DNA of 64,000 nucleotides, taken from Amoebophrya sp. A120 (taxonomy: Eukaryota > Protista > Dinoflagellata). Shown in pieces: positions 1-11,819 of the stretch (positions within the stretch are counted from its first letter, which is position 1; each line of letters starts with the position of its first letter). The notes beneath the pieces are model-generated. The model was not told the origin of the DNA and did not search any database. It was given only the letters and a program-made list of their open reading frames with translations. The stretch lies in the NCBI GenBank assembly GCA_905178155.1, contig CAJINV010000002.1:9864650-9928649 (forward strand). Direction: 5' to 3'. The position numbers and the translations under genes are program-made.

Positions 1-3
1 AGA

Positions 4-1118
4 TTGCCGTCCTCCACCCCATCTGAACATTCTGGTACGACAGCACAGAAAGCGGATACTCTACCCAGCGGCGACGTAGCAGTTGTGAGCTCGTCGCACA
101 CCATGCCAGACCAGGATCATCACCTGGAGCTATCCCGGCAGCAGCTCCAGCAGGAGTTTTATGGTGTGAATCTCCTCGGGGAACCTTGCACGTTGATCTT
201 CTACTCCGACGGCAAGCGCGTCTGCAGTTACCTCATGGAGCCCTCGTGCCCACGGACCATGAAAAAAATGAACAGAAGCAAAACGACACAAGAGCAGCAA
301 CGCAATAATCGCCTCCCGGGTGGTGGTCTTGGCAGCAGTAGCAACGTCACTTCGCCGAAAGAACTAGACGCGGCGTCTCCGCTCCTGCTCGGGGAGATAG
401 ATGGCGCCATGTCCTCTCGTCCCGAGTCTCCCACGAGCGGCGCTGGTACAACTTTCCAAAACAGCAATCCAGGTGTGATGTTTGCTGGTGCCAGAAATAA
501 TCCTGAAATTTCTACTTCTATTCACGCGTTGGACAGTTTCATCATTCCTACGAACGCAGACGAAATTGCGATTCAGGTGCGTACTTTTGAGTCCAAGGTC
601 AAACTGCAATTGTTTTCGGAAAATTTCGTAGAGGTCGTTCCGAATTTGATCTACGCCCAGTTGCACATGAAGAAAATTCTGATTTCCGGAAAGTTCCTGG
701 TTCACAACTTCACCAGTTTGGGGCTGGGACTGTCAAAGCTGAGGTCCGGGGCGACAGTGTGGAGTAAGAACCACAACAGCTCAGGCTATGCGAGACCGTG
801 TTTTTTCGGCTCGGGAGGCGGGACGCAGACCGGGGTCATTGGCCCCGGTTCGAAAAAGAATGTTGCGGTTTTGGAAGACATCAACCGAGACTATATTTTC
901 CGCACGCCAACGGATTTTCATGTAGCCCGGAACTATCGGCAAGTGTACGACAGCGCGAGTGGGATGCTCCTGCAAGGCAACAGTTCTAGTTCCTTGACCG
1001 ATCATCTACTTCGAGACTTATTTGCTCGAACAGGAGGTATCCGTATCTCGTCAGGGGACGTAGAAACGAGCCGAACAAAAACGCAACCTGCTTCCGGTTT
1101 CCTGCGCAGTGGATATTT
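4..1118 (+). CDS. VPS13: VPS13-family lipid transfer protein, segment upstream of the retroelement (5'-truncated by the window edge)
   Basis: Open frame ending ...SGY-tt. Joining 1118 to 18624 gives tat tta tcg tcc act cct (SGYLSSTPL), in frame with the 3382-aa ORF that carries VPS13 motifs. Confidence 0.7.
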
Positions 1119-1252
1119 GAGAGAACGTAACAAGTTCAAGGGAGAAACCCAAAGCTGATAGAGCCCAAGTAGGTGCTACTCTCCACTGATACAGAAATGC
1201 CATAGGCTGGAGTTAGATCCGCGCTCTTGTGGTGATTCGAGACACACGAGGG
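1119..1252 (+). repeat. Split direct repeat A1 (134 bp)
   Basis: gagagaacgtaacaagttcaag...gacacacgaggg, identical by eye to 18005-18138. Confidence 0.95.
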
Positions 1253-1830
1253 CTGTCCCCCCCTGTTGTGTTGGCTGTGGTGCGGGGTCGTCCGCCCTCA
1301 CCACTCCTCTGACGCCAGTGCTGGTTGCACAGTCGCTTTTTTGGGGATTCTTGGCACAATGGCTTTGCCCAGTGTGTCCGGGGTTCCCTCATTGCGACCT
1401 CCCGTTGGGATGGCCTCTGCTCGATCACCTACAAGTGCTGCGTCCTGTATGAGAAACAGCGTGTACGCTGGCCCTCACTACTTTTACTCTCTCTGACAGT
1501 ACTGTCTGTACTGATTGTCAGGTTGTCTGCGTACCGCATTCACCTGCCTGTGGCACTATGCTCCGGTGGCAGTGTCACTTGTGTTCTGGTTGAACGCCCT
1601 GCTCTGCAGATTTACTCACTACAGGTTTGATTTGGCCTGCGTGGTGTGCGCTGGTGTGCTGGTAGTGTCGTCGTGGCCCTGTCCCGACGCTGATGATCAC
1701 TTGATGAACACGACTTCCGATCAGCACTCGCACTCACGACAGCAGGATGATTGACGGGCTTTTCCTGGCCTGTGTTGTTGCACAGTTCCTGGCGGTGCGC
1801 ATCATCATGCGGACTCTCTTCTAACGTCAG

Positions 1831-3914
1831 AGCGGTGGCGATGCTTTTTTCGTGGGCCAGCCCGTCTCGCACGACCGACGATGTGGTCAACGAGATTTTG
1901 CACGGAGACATCCCGGCACCATGGCGGGTGATGCGGGCGTTGGAGGAGTTATTGCAGTGTGGGGACACTTTTCCCGTCCCTCCGGTGCGCTGATCACTGT
2001 GTACGCGCATGTCCTGATCACCTCCATTGAGCTGTACACTGTTGCTACCAAGCCTTGGACAGCCCTGCACAACTATGCCCCGCGACGGATCCCCAGCGCG
2101 CAGACGCTGGGCCTGGCACTGGATGTCTACACGCACTATGCCGCGGTGCGTTGTTTGCCATACTCTGCACACCCTTGTTGCAATGATGACATTGGTTTGA
2201 CCCGCACGCGACATGATCTATAACACTTAGATGTCACCTTGTTCCATCTCAGGTAGGCTGGTCTGCTGAGCGTCTCCGTGACGATTGGGCGAAGCTGGCC
2301 GTTGAAGAGCGATCTCTACGTGTGGTGCTCAATCAGAATCGCACTCCGAATCCTTCGGACTTGACCGAACGTTTCTACTTCCTAGAAGTTAGTCTAGTTT
2401 GCTTGGCATGTGTCATTACAAAGCAGAAAATCCCCGCGTCCTTCATGGGCCAGCGGTGCCGTGAGTACGTCATCGACAAACTTACGTCTCTGAACAATCT
2501 GGACGCTGTGCAGTAATTCTTTTTCGTTTAGCTCATCTCTGTCTGAGAACCACACCCAGGGACTTTTACTACGTGTTTCCACCGACTACATCCGTGTGTG
2601 TTCGGCTACAACTCTCGCGTCACCGTGCTGATCCTTTTTTACCCCTGTTGTGGTGGATTTCCATTCTGATCATTTAGTGTTGTCTGCTTCTCTCGCTCTG
2701 ACACCAAGATGACGCGTGATTGGGACTGGGCTCACCGCCATGAGCAGCCGCGCAAAAAGGCGTCGCCAAAAATCACGTTCCTGCAGGGATGCGTGATGTT
2801 CTGTCGTGCCATCGCCGCCTTCTGTTACAGCGTGGCGATGCTCGTGTACGACAGCCGGATCATCTCCGCCATTGCTGCGGATGGACGCTGGTCCCCAGCG
2901 TGTACGTTCGCCACGCAAGCATCCGTGGACTTCTGGCGCATGATGACCAGGCAACTATTTGTTGCTGATCAATGACATTTTTTGGTTACGCTTGCATGAG
3001 TCTTTCTCACACATTTGGATGTTCACCCGAAAAACCTCTCCTCAGGTTCTACTCCACGTCGATCGCCAGGCTCTTCATTGCGAGCTGGTGCCTTCAGTTG
3101 GGAGAACAAATTGTGGTCCTAGGTATCCAGCCAGTCTCCCTCCCGCACCTGGTCGCTGGTGCGACCCTGATCCTGCTTTGCGACGCAGCGGAAATGAGCC
3201 GGCGCGTTGGTTTTTAGCATGACAACGTGGATGTGAGAACCAGAGGGATGCACTGCGTGGCGCATGACAAATCTTGCCTGCCCATTGACTGATCTCAGGT
3301 TGCTTGCGCGGGCCGCCGACAGTCTGCGCGCGCTGAAAGTGTGGGCGCATCCGTGGGACGCAAAGGATCAGTGGTTGGCGTTCCTCATCGAGAAAGTGGA
3401 ATACGTCCTGCAGATCTTCATTCAGGAGCACCAAGAACATGGCGTCAGTGTGCGCGGACGTCCGATCGCCCCTGTTGGCAGCCGCCACAAATTTCCCTTG
3501 TACTCGTGGGGGAATATTGGAGTGTCCAACCCGCCGTCCGAACCGGGTGACACGATGGAGAAGCCGGAGTTCCCGCCGACCATTGATCCGGATGAGCTGC
3601 TACAGCTCCAGCTGGACAGTGAGAACCTGCACCCCCGCTGCCAGCTATCGGAGGAACGACTGATGGCACAAGTCGCCGGACTACCCTCTCGTGAGGGGCC
3701 GAAATGGATCCGGGAATGGCTGGAATCGTACAGCTTCAGCCGCGCGGAGGGCTGGCAGCTGAAATCCAGTGCATCACGCACCCGCACTCATCAGGAGTAA
3801 GTGGGTCGTGGTGCATGACATTTGTTTTTTCCGACGGCAACGTCACTTGACAGCATCACGGTAGCTGAGCACGATGATGTAGCACTGCCCTGGCAAACTG
3901 CCCTCACCAGGTAG
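1831..3914 (+). CDS. Putative multi-exon accessory gene of the retroelement, unknown product (boundaries approximate)
   Basis: Short coding-like blocks are joined in frame by GT-AG introns, e.g. 2146-2252 (YAA|VGWSAERL) and 3797-3853. The largest exon lies in ORF 3264-3800. Stop at 3912-3914. No recognisable domain. Confidence 0.4.
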
Positions 3915-4190
3915 TGAGCTAGGATGGTGCCGGCGAAATAGAAAACACAGTATTAGAACGTCAAAGATGCTGTAAGACAAACAGCATTGCAAACACGGTG
4001 TTCGTCAACGATCCTGCAGAGCCTTTTTACCTTTTTCGTCGTATGTCTTTAGTTGCCCTTTCTCTCGTCGTCTCGTTGCTGTTCATTTCTCTTGCGCTTT
4101 TACGCAGCCACGACATGACAATCTGACTTTAGGGATCTTTCTTGCGAAAGAACTTTCTCTTGCGTTTACGCTTGTGTTCTGTGCGTGCAG

Positions 4191-7100
4191 ACACGAGTAA
4201 AAGTGGCGGCGTCGTCCTCTTCTGCCAAACGGCAGTCGTCCACTGCGAAGCAGGCGTCCAAGACGGACAAAGTTGAAAAGCCGATGAAGACGGCGATGAA
4301 GACAGATAAGACCGAGAAGCCGATGAAATCGTCGAAAGCTGCGGCTCAGGCGGACACATGCCGCCGGATTTTCCCGCTTAAAAAAGGCTAAAAAACTGCT
4401 AAAAGCAAAAGACCGACCCCCGGCGTCGCTCTGCTGGTTCCCAAGCCGGCCCGCGCGCTTTTTCTTGGCGCCCCCCGCAGGCTTTTCAAAGATGCCGGCC
4501 GGCGCTTAGAACGGCCAGGGTCTGCCCCCTTAGCCCTGTCGTTGTTGCTTTGGCGGGTGCCGCCGGTTTTCCTTCCTGTAATTTTTAGTGGCGGGCGCGG
4601 TGGGAACCGCGGCGAAGGCCTGGAAGCCTTCGGTGGGGCGCCGCGCCTCTTCGCCACGCCTTCGTCTTCCGCCCCAGGCAATCTCGCAGGACCTTGGAAA
4701 ACCTGCAAGATGCGCAGTTCCGGAAAGAAATCTTCAGCGGCCGACTTCGTTTGCTGGAGATTTCGGGCCGGGAGGCGATCTGGCTTATCTTCGGCTGGGC
4801 TCTTTTCTGGTTTCGGGAGGGGGCATCCGGACCTCCGGCAGGGGCCGGAAAACCTACCGGAGTTGGCTCCGGAGTTGCCATTTTTGGGCACTGCTAAAAT
4901 CGCTATTTGGGCTGCTAAACGCATTGCTAATTCTGCTGCTAAAATGCCTGACCCTTCAAAATGGGAACGTTTTGTTGGGTTTTGCATTTTAGCAGAAAAT
5001 TAGCAATGATTTTAGCAACCACTTTAGCAGACATTTTAGCAGACGAAGACTTCGCGTCGGGGCTCCGATTTCCGGTGTGGTACCACCGGGATTAGCACTG
5101 AATTAGCAGAGAATTAGCAGAATTTTAGCAATTCCACCACCCCCCCCGCCCCTTGGGAAAGGGGGGGCGATTCAGTGCTTCGGGCCCCACGCGGGTGTGG
5201 GTGTTTCGCAAGGTCCGTCGTAGGCCGCGGTGGGTTGGTTCTGTGCCTTTGGCCATTTGGCGTTCCGGCGAATTGCGCGAAAGCCTACCCCGCGTTGTCT
5301 TTTTGTATCCTTCTCGGCCCGGTTGGCCCCCAGTCTGGTTCCTGGCGTATTTGCCCTGTCCGCTTGGCGGGTGGCGCACAGGCGGGCAAGGACGGGTTGT
5401 TGTGAGGGGAAGAGGATGGCTTTCGGCCCCGGCTTCCCCGTTTTCCCTCGGGCCGGCGCCAAAAGAGGCCCCTGCCCCATTTTGCCGGCGCTCGCGCATC
5501 TGGCTTGAGTCTTGGCAGGGCAAAAAATTTTTTAGCAGATTTTCAGCATGGTTTTAACGAAAAAGCCCGGCGCCCTCTGTCCGCCTGATGCGGCACCGAA
5601 AAAGTCGCCAGGGAAGAAAGGGCAAGACGCCCCCAGCACCCAGATTGGCCTGAACAGCACGCAGATTGCGGAAGCTGCGCGTACTACTGATTGTGATGCT
5701 ACTTGTCCGTATCATACCATGAGTGTCCATGTCGTAGGTGATCTTCATTGGCATCTTAGAAATTCCCTTTCTAAAAATTTTTACATCAGGTGTAAAAACT
5801 GCGGATGATGGCGACCAGCTCATCCTCCAGGTGGCCAACGGGGTGGACAACAGCCTGCCTGCTGAACTTGTTGGAACTGCTGCCAAGAAGCTGAAGACTG
5901 GGACACCACCGGCTTCCCCTCGCACGGAACAGCCACCAGAGGAGGTGCCCATTGTCAATCCCCCCCGCACCACCAAGCTGATGGACATGTCAGTCCCGGA
6001 TATCCCTGCCCCGACCCCCCCTGAGCTTGAGATGCTGACTGAAACAGGGCGAGCGTTCTTTGGTGAACATGCCAACCACGCGTGCACCACAGTGAAGCAG
6101 CTGATGGGGGAGCAGGGTCTGCTGGGTGAAGTGGAGAAAGCCATCATAGAAACAGAGATCAAGGATGGGCGAGCCTCCGTTCTAGCGACCAGCTACGAGG
6201 ACAAGTTGATGGGCAGCCCGAAGCCGGCCGCTGAAGATGAGATCGATGCGTTCCTCGCGGAGCAGCATGCGGTGCTAGAGGGCACGCAGACCACGAAAGA
6301 GCCCATCACGCAGCAGTCATCGGCGGCACCGACGACGCAGCAATCGTCAGCGGTGCCCAGCCCAGCATCCGGCGTTGACTTCCCACCGCTCACTGCCACC
6401 AGCTCCAAGTCCCTGTCGCTGCTCGATCGCCGCGACTCCCCGCGGTCCACCCCCTCGACCCCGCCTGGCTCCCCCCGCCCGGCTGAGAAGCCGACGTCTG
6501 AAGTCCTTGATCAGAACAAGGCAAGCAGGCAGCTCGCAGCGCAGCTGGAGTTCAATGAGAGGGAAATGCTGCAAGTGCGGAAGAACATCACGGAGAAGGG
6601 TGACGAACAGGTGGCGATGCAGCTGCAACAGCGGGAGCTGGAACTGGCAAAACAGCCTGCTGATCCGCAGCAGGAACCGGAGAGGCCGTCTGCACGGAAG
6701 CCGAAGTCACCGGCGCCCGGGAAGAAAAAAGCACCTGCGGTGGCAAAACCGAAGGCAAAGACCAAGCCCGTAGTACCGAGTATCGACGCAAAGGTGAAGG
6801 CCGCTGAGAACCACAGCAAGGCTGGCCAAGCGGTGAAGATGCAGGTGGCGAGGAAGCTCAGCAAGGAGGAAGCAGAGCGTGTTGACAAAGTCGGGTGCGT
6901 CATGCAAACCGCAAACCAACTGGGCATCCAACTCCGCCCTAACTGCCCGACAGCCGCCAATGCGATGGAACGGAACAGACTCGCAGCCCGTGCTCCACCG
7001 AAGCTGCAGCCACAAGCCGTGCAGCCAGATCGAGTCCCCTTCTCCGTGGTTGACAGTTTCGCCCTCAAGGACCCGCTCAAGACACGGTGCGCGGCCGACT

Positions 7101-10100
7101 TCCAGCAGTACTACCACTGGTGCCAGATCCATGAGACACACCTTGTGAGCGTGGGGCTCAAGACGACGAGCCGCAACTTCCCCGAGGTTATGGGAAAGTG
7201 GGAGTCCGTGTATGAACTCAGCAGCGAGCTCAAGACCGTCAAGCAGCACAGGAACTTCTCCACAAACATCTTTTTCCCAGCAGCACACAACACTGCTTCG
7301 CAGGGCCTGTCTGCTGCGGAATGGGGCATGAGCGCCTCTCCTGTCCAACGCGGTGTCATGTACAACACAGGGGCGTCTATGCGGAAGGATTTCAGTACGC
7401 TACGACACCGAGGTGACTCGGCCTACAAGGAGGTGTTCAAGTCCTACCCGCACTGTGACGCCGAGTACTGGCGGCGGGCGGCTACTGGGGAGAATATCCG
7501 AGAGGCGATGCTATACGCGCCATGCCGACAGGATGACATCTGCATGCTGTGCGTGGAATCCTGCTCGCATGATGATGCTCTTCTTGCAGGCCACATCCGG
7601 CTAGCGTACTATAACGCGAAGAGCGACGGCTTGGTGAGCCCGCTCATGGAATCCATCGTGGAGGGAACGCACACAGCTCTCCGGCCGCAGAGCATCGTGT
7701 CGCCTATCATCGGCGACCAGCTGTTTACGAGAATGGAAGCGCGCTACACGCTCCGCCCGTACATGCAGTTGCTGCTACAGGACACGCTGGAGTACTTTTG
7801 CGACATTTACCCTATTGAGGTAGGGTGCCCTCCGTGCCACTTCCAAGACATCCTCCGTGCGAATGCCAAGAACAGGCTGCACCATGCGCAGCAGCTGCGA
7901 GCAGTGGTACCGGAGCCAAGGGCTTTCCGGCGCACCAAGACGTGGGATCAGCAGCAGGAGCGCTTTGAGGTGATCTGCAAGTCGCGGGACATCGAGATCC
8001 CGGAGCGCGGTGACCTGAACCAGGTGTACCTCGACAAGCGCCAAGACGCGCCTCCGCTTGATGCTGATCAGGACTTCTGGTATGAGAGTGAAGACAGCGA
8101 TGACTCGGAAGTTGACGCTTCTGAGGAAGGAATTCCAGTCGAGCTGCAGCCGTCGTCATCTAGTTCAGCGAGCTCGTCTGCAGCGCCACCGCCAGCCTAC
8201 ATCGAGTTACGACAACCAGTATCCTTCAGTGCAGCAAGCTCATCTGCGGTGCCACCACGGGTCCACAGTGAATCCTTTGGTGCAGGATCTGAGTCGCCAG
8301 TTTTGCGGCCAGCTACGGATGAGGAGCAGGCGGCGGCGCCAGAAAAGAAGAAGCGCGGCCGCCCGGCGAAGTCGCGTGCCACATCATCTGGCAGTGAAGC
8401 CACACCTGCAGCAAAGAAAAACAAGCCAGCAAAGAGAGTAAGCTTTTCAAGGGAAGTCGAGAGCATCAGCCCGCGCTGCAACACATCGGGTAAAGGCATG
8501 ACCATTGATGAGGTCTCGAACCAGGGTAAGGGCGGTTTCTCTGCGCACAGACTCCCGGTGGGACCAGCACCGCAGATGCCCGACATGTCGGCACCTGTGC
8601 CTAAAATGCAGGACAACCAGAACGCACAACTGGCAGCGACACAGCTGGGCCAGTTCCTGCAAGCCATGTTAGGTCAGAGCAACGGCATGGGGATGCAGTT
8701 TGCGGAGCAAGTTCCTCGGTGCCCGCATACGAGCCTCCCGCTGCGGGAGCGACCGGATGGTGAGAATTACGACATTTACCACCGCAGACAAGAGCCGGTC
8801 TTTGACGTCCACGCCGCGCTCAGGCGGACGGCCCGGGGCGCGGATTCCGGCTATATTCCGGCTATGCATTGGCTAAATTTCTGCGCAACCCGCGCGGCTT
8901 CCTTCTTCCTTGGGCCTGGGCCGCCCAAGCGCGCGGCGGCACCCTCCTCCCCATGTGTTGGGCAGCCGGGCGGCGGGTGCTTGTCGCGGCTGCATGTGCG
9001 GCCCGCGGCGCTAGTTTTTCGGCAGCCGCCCTAGCCGGGGCGCCGTCCTTGGCCGTTTTAAAATTTAAAAATTCGCAGCGTTTTCTTTCCGAATTTTCCG
9101 AAATTTTGCTGAGGCCGGCCCGCCTGCCCGACATTTCTTCCAGAATTCATCCTGTCGCCGCCTGGGCGAGAGGATAAATTTTGGAAGAAACCTTCGGCCG
9201 GATTCCGGCTAAAATCCGGCTAAATTGAGGATAAATTCCAAAAGAAATTCAGCTAAATACTCAGCTAAGTACTCAGCTAAATGCCCGGCTAAATTCCGGC
9301 TAAATATCCGGCTAAATGTTGGGATAAATGCCGGAACAGGGAAAACGGGAAGGATTTGGGCCCGGGGGCCTTCCGGGCCCTCCGGCCCCCTCCCGAAGGA
9401 CCCAATTTAGCAGAGCATTTAGAAGAGTATTTAGCAGAGTATTTAGAAGAGTTTTTTTTGGGGTCTCGAGCCGAAATGCGGTCGCGAGTTAGCGAGTCCG
9501 GATGCAATTTAGCAGAGCACTTGCCCGTAGGCCCAGAAGGAATGTCCGGCGTTTTCCAGAAGGGCCTGCTTGGGTGGGTTGTCGGCGTGGCCGTCTTCGC
9601 AATACCGGGCTCGCGGAGTCGGGTCCGTCGCGCGCGGGTCGGGGGCGCCCCGAAGCCGCGCCGCGGCCGGAGTGCGGGCCCCGGGGAGCCCGGCCCGCCC
9701 GCTTCCGTCGCCTACGGGAGAACGGGCCGGAGCCCCAAATCGGAAGGGAGTGCGCCGCCTGGCCGCGCCACGTCCGGAAGTGCGGCCGCGGCCATTCGGC
9801 CTGCGCGCTTCCGGCTTTTCAATTTAGCCAGAAAATAGCGGCGGTTTAGCGCGTTGCCCCGCCCCGGGTCGTCCGCCTGACCGCGCACTTGTACGCCTTT
9901 GTTGACCTCCCGAACGGAGGGGGACAAGCACTCAGCCCTGCACTGGTCCGGTGGATAGTCAGGATCTTGTTGCAGTTGATCCAGGCTGATCATGATCTCG
10001 CAGCCATGGCTGCTGTCAGCATGATACTCAAGGTCGTCCACGCGGCGATCCACCTCGTCACGGGCACCGAGGCTGAAAGACTGGCAGCAGCGACGGTGAT

Positions 10101-10802
10101 AGCCACACTGGCGATCAACCAGATCGATCTGGAACAGGCGGCAACACAGGTGGAAGCGGAGAGCAAAGTAAAGAGTCTCGCGATGGTAAGGAATGCTACC
10201 CAAGCATACAAGGACCAGCTGGCCGCCGTGTGGACCACGCTGTCGCAGGTGAACCCGTTTAACAAGATGGGCATCCCGCACACCTTCTTCAACTGCACTG
10301 CGAAGCAGCTTCAGGCGTCGAAGAGGAAACTTTTGCAGGCCACGCAGTACATCGTCAGCTGGCAGCACTCCACGACGGACTTGAAGGATGCTGAGCAGAT
10401 CACTGATGCTACACGGGACTTCGACCGCCTCTCGTTAGCGCTGCTGATGCCGTACAGCAAGAACCTCTTCGGACGGGACCAATTGGTACTTGCTGATATT
10501 TTTTCTCTCTCTGTTTATGTTCTCGTCTTGAGTAGGTGGCTACATGCATGACAGATGTATTAATCCTCGCCCTATATACAAAAAAATGACAACAGGAGTG
10601 CAACAAGCTCAAAGAAGAGATGACGGCCATCCCCTTCTACCAGAAGACGGACCAACTGGCGAGGGTCAGCAAGAGCTTGTACTTCACGCGGATAGCCCGC
10701 TGGCTCAATGCCAACGCCGCACCAGTGATGCACACGTGCATCGACTTTCTTTTCACGCTCGAGGCCTGCTGCCCCAAGGACATCACCAACAACAACGGTG
10801 GT

Positions 10803-10834
<32 letters not shown>

Positions 10835-11240
10835 TGGTGGCCCAGGTGCTGGGCGAGGCGGAAAGAACAAGGACAAGAAGGGTGAAGGCAAAGGGCCCAA
10901 GGGCGGCAAGAAGTCCAAAGCAGAGAAAGAGAAAAAGAAGGAGGAAGACAAGAAGCAGCGAGCTGCTGCGTATGAGGACATTTGTAACCTCATGTGTACT
11001 GCCGTCACCGACAAGTGCGACAAGGTCGACAAGGCGACGCTGACCAGCGGCAAGTACTGCGTCTTCCATGTCTGCCAGGAGGCGAAGGTCTCCATCGTCC
11101 AGGACGGAAAGACGCGCCAGATCACCTGCACCGGCACGGGCAAGAAGGGCAAGGGCAAGGGCGCCAAGGAGGTTGACAAGCCGTGCAAGAAGAAGCACGA
11201 CAACGCCGCAGAGTTGATCGCTCTGATGACGCCGAAGTGA
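4191..11240 (+). CDS. Gag-like ORF1 of the retroelement, ~1500 aa after reconstruction (exons 4191-4345, 5595-5680, 5790-8819, 9887-10485, 10596-11240)
   Basis: All four junctions keep frame (4515 nt total): two TIR insertions plus GT-AG introns 5681-5789 and 10486-10595. It lies upstream of RT. It has a Lys-rich N-terminus, a KKKRGRPAK motif, a helical region, a Gly/Lys-rich region and a C-terminal Cys/His cluster. Start codon not determined. Confidence 0.7.
4346..5588. mobile_element. Non-autonomous TIR element/introner nested in ORF1 (1243 bp)
   Basis: Ends tcaggcggaca...tgtccgcctga with a longer degenerate IR. 6-bp TSD tgcggc (4340-4345 / 5589-5594). Many subterminal gctaaa/ttagca motifs. 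Removal gives KSSKAAAPKKSP in frame. Confidence 0.9.
8820..9880. mobile_element. Second TIR element/introner of the same terminal family nested in ORF1 (1061 bp)
   Basis: Ends tcaggcggac...gtccgcctga. 6-bp TSD ccgcgc (8814-8819 / 9881-9886). Tandem ggctaaa motifs at ~9205-9320. Removal gives FDVHAAHLYAFVD in frame. Confidence 0.9.
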
Positions 11241-11819
11241 GTGGTGGCCGAGCAGCAGGCGCGCTTGGTGGTGATCACACATGATGAGTTTCGCGTTGTC
11301 ACCACTGTATTTTTTTTTTTCCCACACACGTAGACGACTACTTCTTTTTTCCAAGAAATTTTTTCGGTCCAGAGGTGTATTCCTTAGACCAGATACGTAT
11401 GTGGCACTGCAAGCCTGCAATGTTTCGGTTTCGATGGAAGATAGGAAATCACAACTGGACAAGGAGGATCAGTGCTGAGCACTGTGGTGTTGCGTCTTGT
11501 AGTTCCCGTTCGTCGCCTCGTCGCAGTTGTATTTTCCTCGTGACAGAATGCGCTCCAAAAGAGACTGTGATCACCTGGGAGTGAACCAAATGAGTGATGA
11601 GCACACATAACAAATCGTATCAGATGAGCGGGAGGGTGTGTAACAGGCTACCTACGAGAGAGTATGCAATAGCCAGAGTATCCATACCAGTATTTAGGTC
11701 TGCAGCACCAGCATAGCAAACACCTCTCAATTCATCTGGTAGGGCCGTGAGAGAACTATCCTTGCGTGGAGAAACAACAGAAAATGAAGTTACCTCCGCC
11801 CTGACGGGCCCGCCGCGCC

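Noticed and set aside
4388-5557. Several 100-200 aa ORFs inside the first nested TIR element (likewise at 8862-9849)
   Set aside because: GC-rich, Pro/Arg/Gly-biased chance frames with no transposase motif.
9205-9450. Short tandem ggctaaa/ttagcagag repeats as a CRISPR-like array
   Set aside because: Units are about 12 bp and degenerate, with no unique spacers or cas genes. They are subterminal motifs of a TIR element.
10572-11462. Long minus-strand ORFs here and opposite VPS13 and the ABC transporter
   Set aside because: Antisense shadows of GC3-rich plus-strand coding sequence.
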